64,000 bases of DNA. It comes from Rebecca billardiae RCC1528. Lineage: Eukaryota; Protista; Haptophyta. The stretch is taken from contig OZ251224.1 of the NCBI GenBank assembly GCA_965240325.2, forward strand, positions 930,001 through 994,000, read 5' to 3'. Position 1 is the stretch's first letter. Every line of letters begins with the position of its first letter. Shown here one piece after another: positions 55,401-64,000 of the stretch. A program made the position numbers and the translations under genes. The notes beneath the pieces were generated by a model, which made no database searches, was not told the DNA's origin, and worked only from the letters and a program-made list of their open reading frames with translations.

Positions 55401-58400
55401 CAGTCCGGGCCGCGCACCACGCGCACGCCCTCGCCCAGCCCCGCCGCCTCGACGCGCACGCACGCGCCGATGCGCGGCAGCTGCGGCGCGTGTGCGAGCG
55501 CGCGCTTGTTGCTGTCGTGCAGCAGCAGCACGAGCGGCGGCAGCGCGCCCTCGCCCATGCGCACGAGCGTCCGCGCGGCGGGCGGGGGCGGCGTGTCCCA
55601 GTACGCGCACACACCCGACGCCTCGCCGGCGCGCAGCTCGAAGACCCCCTCGAACTCCGGCTGCGCGATGCACTCCGGCGCGCACGCTCGCACCGCGTAC
55701 TCGCCCGGGGCCATCGCGCGGCCGTCAAAGTGGAAGTAGCGGTAGTAGCCGTCGAGCACCGTGTCGTTGGCGCCGCGGCTCATCTGCAGCGGCGCCTCGA
55801 GGGCGCTCTCGCCGCTCTCGCGCGACACGATGTCCACGCTCAGCGTCCCGCTCAGCGGGCGCGCGCAGTACAGCTTCTCCGCCTTGCTGCTGTCGCAGCC
55901 GTTGCGCAGCGCCACGCGCAGGTACGTTTTCGCAACGCCCTCGATGCTCGGCGGCGGCGCGCCGCCCTTGCGGCCGAGCGGCGGGAGCGACAGGTAGCTG
56001 CTCGAGCTCGCGTGCACGCTCACCTCGAGCCGGTGCGGCAGCTGCCGCTTCAGCCCGGTGCGGTGCTTCGCCACCTCCGCGGGCGGCACGTTCAGGTCCT
56101 CGCGCCGCTTGATCTCGCCCAGCGAGATCTCGTCCGGCTCCACCGCCTCGCTCTCGTGCCCGACCACGCGCTCGAGGACCGCGCTGTACCCGCTGGTCTT
56201 GGCGGGCTCGGGGGGGCCGCCGAGCGAGACGAAGTGGAGCACCTTGCCGAGCAGCTTGACCCGGCCTTCCCGCTGAAGGCTGTACCGCACGTACAGCGGC
56301 CGCGCGCCCTCGGCGGTGTCCAGCTCGAGGCCGAGGTGGCGCAGCTTGGGTGTCTTGTAGTCGTGCGGTCGGTCGGAGTCGAGCGCACGCGTCTCGTACG
56401 GCCACGACACGTCGAAGTAGGTGCCCTCGTCGCGCTTGCACATCGCGCACAGGTAGTCGTGGGTCACGTCCCTGAGCGACATCGCCTCCGCGCCGCCGCG
56501 CGCGATGGCGGCCGCGGGTGCGGTGGAGCGCGTGCGCGTGCGCGGCGCGTCCGGCGCGCGCGGCCCCCTCGTCGGCCGCGCGCTCTCGACGCCGTGCGGC
56601 GGCGGCGGCGGCGGCGGCTCTGCCGCGAAGCGCACGTTGCGCTCGTCCACGCCCTCCAGCACCTGCCTGCGCGATTCGTACGTCAGCACGGACTTGTTCA
56701 TGTCCACCTGGAAGTCGGGCGGCAGGAAGAGCGCACCTCCCAGCCGGCCGAACGCCTCTGCCGGCAGCACGCGCGCGCGGTTGCGGTGCGCGCCGCCAGT
56801 TGAGGACGTCGGCGGCTTCATGCAGTCCCACAGCAGCAGGGGCTCGTGCGGCAGGCGGCAGCCGTTGTGGAACACCATCACGCCCGGCTCGCCCAGCGGG
56901 CTCGTCTCCTCCCCGCCGAGCAGCGGGAAGTAGAAGATGATGAGAACGCACTCATGAATGCACTCGTCTCCGCTGATGCTCACGCTCAGCGCGAGCCGCA
57001 GCTCCCGACCCCACGCGCTCAGCAGGCTGGCGTTCTCCGCCTCGAGCGCCGGGCGCTCGGCCTCGAGGTTGGCGGCGTTCTGCCGCAGCAGCATCTCCAG
57101 CGTCGCGCCGACGCAGTCGTCGTACCTGGGCAGCCGCTCGGGCGCGGGCGTGCGCGCGTGCGCGCCCAGCTCGGGCGCGGGCGTGCGCGCGTGCGCGCCC
57201 AGCGCGTACACGGCACTGCCGGTGGCGCCCGAGCGGATGCAGACCTCGAGACTCAGCCGGAGCAGCGGCTCGGTGTGCGCCGTGCGGCACACGCTGCCGT
57301 GAATGATCGGGAAGTACGCGTCGTTGAAGAACGAGACGAGCTTCAGCCGCGCCTCCTCCGATCCGCGCAGCTCGTCGAGCTCGGCGCCGGGCACGCGCGA
57401 GACGACAAACTTGGTGAATCTCGAGCCCCAGGCCGGGTCGGCAAGGCGATCGCGCTCCGCCGCCTCGAGGCCGTCGGCGGCGTAGCCGCCGCACCAAGGG
57501 TTCTCGCCCTTCTCGTTGAGCGCGGCGCACTCCTGCAGGTCCCACTTCGCGCACGCCACCTCCTCCGCCGCCTCGCCCGCCGCCGCCCCCTCGCGCCGGC
57601 ACGAGCGCGCCTCCACGCGCCCCTTGCCCTTGGTGAGCGCGGAGACAGCCATCTTGCAGCCCACGCCGTACTGCGAGATCAGCCCGGGGCACAGCGAGCC
57701 GTAGCTCTGGTAGTTGACGCCGGCGCGCCCGACGCTCTCGTCGCGCGCGTGGCCCGAAAGCCCGAGCACGAACAGGTCGGACAGGTCGGACGGCGTGCCG
57801 TTGAACCCGTCGCCATTGTCCCAGACGCTCAGCTCGGACGCGTCCAGGTCGACCTCCACGCGCACGCTCGGCACGCTGCGCACTGTGGAGGGCGGCGAGG
57901 GCTCGGCGGGCGGCGTGCCGCGCGTGTCGAGGCGGCGGCGCAGCTCGTCCATGCACGCCCAGAACTCGCGCAGCTCCTCGTCCTGCCGCGCGCCCACGCG
58001 CTTGTCCACGAGGTCGTGCAGCTTGGGCGCGCCGCGCCGCAGCGGGAAGCCAGGGCTGCACGCGAGCTCGGACAGCGAGCGCGCGGCGATGGGCGCGACC
58101 ACGTCGCCGCACGAGGGGCCGAGGAGCTTGAGGCGGGCGTGCTCCCACGTCGCCCGCACGCAGCTGTCCTCCTCCAGCGGGCTGATGCCCTCCTCGTCGC
58201 GCGCGGGCCGCAGCGAGTTTGGCAAGGCCTCGGTCGAAGCGGTGAGCTCACGGCTCAGCGCGCGCACCGCGACCTCATACGCGCACCGGACGTCCTCGAC
58301 GTGTTGCGTGTGGTGCCGCTTCATGGTCGCGTGCACGCCATTGTCAGTCAGCTCCTTGAACGCCTGGTTGAACCGCACATTCGTGCGCAACGTGTCCGTC

Positions 58401-58708
58401 ACGAGATTTAATGCGGGCGTGAGTTGCATGGACGTCCATTGCCGAGCGTCGACGGGCGTGGACGGGGGCTGCATACCGTCGTCGGTGCAGCCGGGTGCGA
58501 CGGACCCGAGGGAGCGCGCGTCGCCATCGCCACTGCTCGTGGCGTTGGCACCAGCGTGGGCGCTGATGGGCGCGGCGGGCGTGGGTGGGTCACCGTCCGC
58601 CGCTCCGTTCGCAATGCGACGGACGGTGGCGGGCGTAGCTTGGGCCGTGTGGGCGGTGAGGGGGTGCGTGCCGTCGCTCGCCTCACTCGTGGCGTGAGGG
58701 TCGCTCAT
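52490..58708 (-). CDS. SMCHD1: SMCHD1/GMI1-like GHKL ATPase (~2005 aa) with Ig-like linker and short C-terminal coiled coil, no SMC hinge seen; exons 58708-53249, 53157-52963, 52852-52490
   Basis: GHKL motifs 'FKELTDNG', 'WDNGDGF', 'ISQYGVGCK'. SMCHD1-like blocks 'FHNGCRLP', 'AFGRLGGALF..DFQVDMNK', 'RQLPHRLEVS', 'DSWGN' (compared from memory). Introns 53158-53248 and 52853-52962 are GT-AG, phase 0. Confidence 0.8.
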
Positions 58709-59126
58709 CTTGTCGGCGCGTGCGCGGTGGAATGGAGGGCGGGGGGTGGCGTTCGCCGATGGGCGCGGAGTGTCGCGACCGATCGCCGAGCGCCGAGGCG
58801 TCGTTGCTTGTCCTCTTTGGACACGTCCAAGCCCAAGCTCAAGCGTTGCGGCGACTGCGCACACCGGACCAATGACAGGGGATGGACCAATGACAGGGGA
58901 TCCGGGGAGAAGGCCGGAGGGGCGCGTCGCGCGAGTACGAAAACTAAGCAGCTCCTACGACTACTACGTCTTTATAGTAGGCTTTTGGCGACGGTGCAGG
59001 CTAAGACTGTCACAAGCGGGCTACGGGGCTAGTAAGCTAGTACACACAGGACAGTCAAAGTATGATCAAAGAGATGAATGATCGTGTGCGCGCTCCTATC
59101 CTCCAAGACGTCTCACCTCCTGCGTC

Positions 59127-61223
59127 TCACCTCACGTACGCGACGATCTCAGCCGACGATGCAGCGGCAGTGAAGAACGGGTGGCGGAGCGCGGCGGCCG
59201 CCGACAGCCGGTCGGACGGGTCCCACTGGAGGAGCTGCCACGCGAGGTCGATGCCGGCCTCGGGGAGCGCGAATGATGGCAGCGGGTTGAGCTGCTTCAC
59301 AGCAGAGAAGAACGCCGCGCGCGCCTCTTGGCGCGTGCCCTCCGAGTCCGGCTCCGCGCCCACCGCGTCGCCGTGCGGCCGGGCCGAGCGCTCCGCCGGC
59401 TGGTGGAAGATGCCGAAGCGCTCCCACGCGTGGGCGAGGGCCGCCTTGCGCTGGACGCTCGCGGGCTCGTTCCCCAGGGTGAGCCCGATGATGGCGCGCG
59501 TGCGCTTGTCCGGCTTGAAGATGTCCGCCGAGCCGACAAGCAGCTCGAGCAGCAGCACGCCCAGAGACCAAAGGTCGTACGCGGCGCCGCGCACGCGCAT
59601 CGGCGCGCCGTCGTGCAGCGCGACCTCGGGCGGCTGGTACGCGGCGGTCTCGCCCTGGATCGGGTCGGCGTCCGGTGGGTAAAGCGTCGCGTTGTTCAGC
59701 GAGTCCAAGTCCAGGGCCGAGCCGAAGTCGATGAGGCGCACGGTGATGTGCGGCGCGCGCGCGCTCCACGGGTGAGCCGACTGATCCCCGTCCGGGCCAC
59801 CGCCGTCACGCCCGCCACGGGCGGCGCCGGCCGCCGACTGACTGCCGTTGCCGGCGTCGTCGGCGTCGTCGGCGTCGTCAGCGGCGGGGTGGTCGTAGCG
59901 CACGATCACATTCCCCGGCTTGAGGTCACGGTGCACGATCCGCCGCGCGTGCAGGTCGGCGACGGCCTCGAAGAGCTGGCGCAGCGTCTCGCGCAGCACC
60001 TGCAGCCCGCGCTCGTGTGTGCGCAGCTGCCGCCACAGCGCGGACGGTGCGAGCACCTTGAGCGGCTGCGGGGGCGGCTGCGGCGGCTCGTGCCGCGCGC
60101 GGTGCTCGCGGCGGCCAGCGCCCCCGCGCGCGTGCGCGCCGCCGCCGCCTCGCCCTGCGCGCTCCACCGCGTTCTCGCCGGCTGCGCGTGCAGTACCGCC
60201 GGCCATGGGCGCGGGCGCGGACGCGCCCGCCGCGGCCAGCAGCCCGGCAGCAGCGTCCGCACTCGCCGCGCGCGCGCCGGGTTGAGCCCCCAGCGCTGCG
60301 GGCACGTGGCGTCGCGGCTGGGAAGGCGGCGGCAGGCGCAAGTCCTCGCCATGCGCCGGCTCCCCGCCACCCGCCGCCTCCGACGGCCCCGGCGGCGACC
60401 GACGCTCCCCGCGCATGGCGACGGCGCTCTCGGCCGCCGAGGCCTGCGCGTCGCCCGTGCGGCCGCCCGCGCACCCGCCCTTGCCGGAGCACATCGGCTC
60501 GATGTCCCTGAGCTCGTAGATCAGGTCGTGCAGCGAGGTGCCCTCGTCGGCGAAGACGAGCCAGAGGCTCTTCTTCGCCGCAGAGCCCTCGCCCTCCGCC
60601 TCCACCCCCGGCTCCTCCACGGAGAGCGTCTCGCCGAGCACGCCGTCCGCGTCCGCGCTGAACCACTCCATGAAGCGCGACACGTGCGGCACGCCCTGCA
60701 GCTTCTGCCCAAAGTGAATCTCGCGGAGGCCGGAGCGGAAGGAGGGCTCGTGCTCGGCATCCATGCTGATCCGCTTGAGCACGAACGCATACACGCCGCG
60801 CTTCGCGCGGCTCGACACGCCCCTCCACACCTCGCCGTGCCCGCCCTTGCCCACCTGCTTGCGCAGGTGGTAGTACGGCGGCGCGGAGAGCACGTCGGGC
60901 TGCGCAGGCTCGGCGTAGCCGAGCAGCCGAGCGCTCCAGCTCATCACATGCCGCATCCACGACTTCGAGTCGAACGGCACGAGCTCGAGTGGCCCCGGCA
61001 GGTTGGGCTCGGGGAGGAGGCCGAAGCTCTCGAGGGCCACCAGCTCGTCGCCAAAATGCGACGAGGCGGTGAGCGCGTGCGTGCGCGGCAGGGAGGCGAT
61101 GCGCTCGACGAGGATGTAGTCGCCGATCTGGTCATCCGCCTCGTGCGGGGACCCCGCCATCATGACCAGCTCGCCGGCCCCTGCCGCCGCGGCGGCGAGG
61201 CGGACGAGCCAGCAGGCGAGCAT
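59127..61223 (-). CDS. Ser/Thr protein kinase, plant At3g63330-like, with hydrophobic N-terminus
   Basis: 'GKGGHGEVW', 'FVLKRI', 'SGLREIHFG', 'WLVFADEG', 'HRDLKPGN', 'IDFGSAL', 'YQPPE', 'YDLWSLGV', 'DPSDRLSA..AL.HPFF'. Confidence 0.9.
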   Translation of the reverse strand: MLACWLVRLAAAAAGAGELVMMAGSPHEADDQIGDYILVERIASLPRTHALTASSHFGDELVALESFGLLPEPNLPGPLELVPFDSKSWMRHVMSWSARLLGYAEPAQPDVLSAPPYYHLRKQVGKGGHGEVWRGVSSRAKRGVYAFVLKRISMDAEHEPSFRSGLREIHFGQKLQGVPHVSRFMEWFSADADGVLGETLSVEEPGVEAEGEGSAAKKSLWLVFADEGTSLHDLIYELRDIEPMCSGKGGCAGGRTGDAQASAAESAVAMRGERRSPPGPSEAAGGGEPAHGEDLRLPPPSQPRRHVPAALGAQPGARAASADAAAGLLAAAGASAPAPMAGGTARAAGENAVERAGRGGGGAHARGGAGRREHRARHEPPQPPPQPLKVLAPSALWRQLRTHERGLQVLRETLRQLFEAVADLHARRIVHRDLKPGNVIVRYDHPAADDADDADDAGNGSQSAAGAARGGRDGGGPDGDQSAHPWSARAPHITVRLIDFGSALDLDSLNNATLYPPDADPIQGETAAYQPPEVALHDGAPMRVRGAAYDLWSLGVLLLELLVGSADIFKPDKRTRAIIGLTLGNEPASVQRKAALAHAWERFGIFHQPAERSARPHGDAVGAEPDSEGTRQEARAAFFSAVKQLNPLPSFALPEAGIDLAWQLLQWDPSDRLSAAAALRHPFFTAAASSAEIVAYVR

Positions 61224-62564
61224 TGGCCTCGGCCCTCGCGTGCCGGACGGCCTCCTCCTCCGGCAACGACCGCCAGAATGTCGAGAATGATGATCGATGA
61301 CGATGGCCGCGATAAATCATGTGAGTGCGCCGAAACTCGTTTGGACGAATGAAAATGCCTCGCTCGCCGCTCGCCAGCGTGGGCACCAGACCGCACCAGT
61401 CGTGAGTCGAGGGCGTGACATCGCAGTCTGAGTCAGTCTGGCACTCGATCACTATCGCAGCTTCCCAGCATTCATTCAGATCAATCAGTTTCGGCCAGCA
61501 TCACTGGCGGCATCTTTTAGTGATCTGATATCAGCGCATCATACAGTTTATAATAATAATACTACGTCGAGAACTGATTAAGAGACGACGCACGTACATA
61601 CTATAATTCTATGAATATTTTAAAAGAGGGCGCAGCTCTCCTGATTCGTCTGTCGAAGTATGCTGCCATTGGAGACGGATGTGAGCGCGTTGGTTGGCCG
61701 CGGGTTAGGATTAGGAAGTCGTCGCCGATGCTGATCACGTAACTCTACGGAGGTACGGTAGGTACTAGGTGCCCACTCGGCCTCGCCCGAGTGACTGGTC
61801 ACTGGACCCCGACTCGGGGACTTGCCGCTGTATTAACAGTATGTATTTATCATTTTTGCAGTCGTCGCCCGGGGGCTCGCCGGCCTTGGTCATCATGTTA
61901 CACGTAGTTGCCCGCGTGGGTCCGAGGGCGAGGCTGTTCAAGTTGATGCCGTACTGTGCAGACTATAGTCCGGATGTGGTCGTCCTGGCCGGTGTGCGCG
62001 GCCTTGGGCTTGGTCTTGACCCGAATGACCGAGTTGAGGCTCCGAGGAGCCCTGCACCGCCGGCCGGGCGGCGCGGTGCGAGCCTGCTCATGGCGGGCGC
62101 GGGCCGTTGGCGGCGCTCTAACTAGTATGCTGTGTCAACTGTCTGAATTGCGACATGGCATTATTCATCAGCTATAATCTGCGCTAGTTATACGCGCAAA
62201 TAATAATAACTCTGTGACTCGGACTGTCAGTCAGGCCAGATAATTCCCATTCTGAGGTGGGTTACTATTTGTTGTATGTTGAGACCCCTTCGTAGTTCGT
62301 AACAGTTCGCGGCCTCCCAGGGGGCGCCAGGCGGGGTCAGAGCCAGGCCCCTCGCGGGCCGGGACACGGGTCCCCGCGGAGAGCACTATGCCCCCCCCCC
62401 CCCCCCCGGCCGTGCCCGTCCGGGGGGGGGCGGGGGGGCTCCCGTGCCTCCGGACTGGCGCGGGCGGTAGTTACGGTATTCAAGAAGACGATATGATTCG
62501 ATTTAGACCAGGCATGAATCCGCTTCGTACCGGTCCGGGCGGATCGGATCAACTCGGAGTGACA

Positions 62565-64000
62565 ATGGCGGCCGTGCTGTGCGTTTGGGTCTGGTCGTTC
62601 GCGTGCGCACATCAGCCGCAGCCGCATGCGGCGTCTCCGGGCTGGCGGCTGCACACGTACGCCCCGCCTCTGGAGCAGCTCGGCGTGTCGGCAGAGGCGG
62701 CAGCGCGCTACTGGCGGCACATTCAGATCGGACCGACGCGCTTGCCCTGGGACGCCGGTGGGCAGGCGCACAACCTTGCGCGGGATCTACCTAGAGCGCT
62801 ACCAGCATGGACAGGTCCACCGCCCCGCCGAGCAGACGAGCGCGTGCTCTCCTTCCTTCCGATCGCGCCGTACGTGCTGTGCATGAACTCAGACGACTAC
62901 GGTGCCGAGACGAGCAACGCCATGATGCGCCTCAAGGGCTCGTTCCCGAACTGGCGCAAACCTCCAGCGATGCGCAACGCGATGAACCCGCCGTGCCTTG
63001 CCAACACGACACTCGCATGTCCTGCGTACGAGCGCGTGCTGCGCTGGATGACCGAGCAGCCAAGCTGGCGTGCCCGTGAGCACCTGCATGCCCTGCTGCT
63101 CATGTCGGCCGACGTGCCGCGCCTCGCGCACGAGTGTGCCGAGCGGAACCGCATCCCTGAGCACGAGCGGTCGGTGTACGCCCTTGTGGGCCGTTCGATC
63201 CTCATCACGACGGAGGGGCGGCGCTGGACGTGGCGCGAGGAGCGCGCGGACGGCAGGCTGCTCGTCGCGCCGGACTGGACACCGCCCTTCTTCATGTTCA
63301 ACGGCTCGCACGCGCGCCTCCGCGCCTCCAAAACCGAGCTCGTGGCGATGAAGACCGTCGCAGCAAAAGAGTGCCACCGGTACGACAACCCACGACATCC
63401 GGCGAAGATGTATTGTGCGTCGTCGCCCGAGGCACGGCGTGCTATCGACGCTGGCAGGACGCCCCTCGCTGACGCACGGCCCGGTGAGGTCAGGCGCGCC
63501 CTGGTGATCGCCATGCACAACCTGACCGGCCTGCCGACGGGCCAGTACTTGTCCGGGCGGACCAAGCTGGAGAAGGCCCCAAAGACGGCGCTGCTGAGGA
63601 TCGCGCGCGCGTACAAGAAGGCGATCTTCACCATCGTGCCGCCCGGGGACACCGTCACATCGTGTCGCGTGTACAACGCGCTCGCAGCCGTCTCCATCCC
63701 AGTGCTCCTCATCCCTGACGAGTTCCTGCCCTTCCACTCGCTCGTGCCGTGGGCCAACGTCTCGCTGTCCATCGACCCTGCGGACGTGCTCGCCTACGCG
63801 CGAAGCAAGGCCCACGGAACCTCGCAGCACGCAAATCCACTGTGGAAGCTGCAGCAGCTTGTCGACTCGGAGCCACACCGGGTGGCCGAGATGCAGCGCC
63901 AGCTGGCAAAGTACCGCTGGCACGTGATGTACCACAACGGCTCGCCCAAGTCCAAGATGGGCGTCGTGCCCTTTGACCGGGAAGACGAGGAAGACCGCGC
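62565..64000 (+). CDS. Exostosin-family (GT47) glycosyltransferase, runs off the window end
   Basis: Open frame from ATG 62565 ('MAAVLCVWVWSFACA', signal-like) with no stop found, so it is absent from the ORF track; motif 'AIFTIVPPGDTVTSCRVYNALAAVSIPVLL...LPF..VPW'. Confidence 0.85.
   Translation, partial: MAAVLCVWVWSFACAHQPQPHAASPGWRLHTYAPPLEQLGVSAEAAARYWRHIQIGPTRLPWDAGGQAHNLARDLPRALPAWTGPPPRRADERVLSFLPIAPYVLCMNSDDYGAETSNAMMRLKGSFPNWRKPPAMRNAMNPPCLANTTLACPAYERVLRWMTEQPSWRAREHLHALLLMSADVPRLAHECAERNRIPEHERSVYALVGRSILITTEGRRWTWREERADGRLLVAPDWTPPFFMFNGSHARLRASKTELVAMKTVAAKECHRYDNPRHPAKMYCASSPEARRAIDAGRTPLADARPGEVRRALVIAMHNLTGLPTGQYLSGRTKLEKAPKTALLRIARAYKKAIFTIVPPGDTVTSCRVYNALAAVSIPVLLIPDEFLPFHSLVPWANVSLSIDPADVLAYARSKAHGTSQHANPLWKLQQLVDSEPHRVAEMQRQLAKYRWHVMYHNGSPKSKMGVVPFDREDEEDR

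Noticed and set aside
52247-56803. 1518-aa plus-strand ORF and other long antisense ORFs (14024-16402, 13312-15588, 27109-28941, 40804-42573, 59328-61352)
   Set aside because: Shadow ORFs opposite motif-bearing genes, expected at very high GC content; no recognisable domains.

Overview
Very GC-rich eukaryotic nuclear DNA with short GT-AG introns (GTGCG/GTGAG donors, CGCAG acceptors). Gene content and intron style suggest a haptophyte-type alga such as Pavlovales, but this is inference. About 18 protein genes are present, many in tight head-to-head pairs: HIP/ST13, mitochondrial bL19, a plastid-type glyoxalase/VOC protein, a peroxisomal long-chain acyl-CoA synthetase (C-terminal SKL), a TPR+J-domain co-chaperone, a truncated AMP-binding protein, a RING-CH+DUF179 fusion, PP2C, a GDP-sugar transporter, a CREST-like membrane protein, an EXS/ERD1-like protein, CHID1, three glycosyltransferase-like proteins, an At3g63330-like kinase, two hypotheticals, and a ~2000-aa SMCHD1-like GHKL ATPase that appears to lack the SMC hinge. 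Four kinds of non-autonomous mobile element were found by eye. (1) A 6.3-kb TIR element (18891-25209, 8-bp TSD GAGTCTTT) carrying three tandem arrays of 16, 109-115 and ~160 bp. (2) Two Helentron/HINE-like elements with shared ends but different cargo (10674-12526 and 37985-40249). (3) An 855-bp TIR element with a 4-bp TSD. (4) A TA-flanked MITE. Intergenic spacers look unusually dense in short palindromes and micro-duplications. All homology calls come from motif recognition and memory; no database searches were run.
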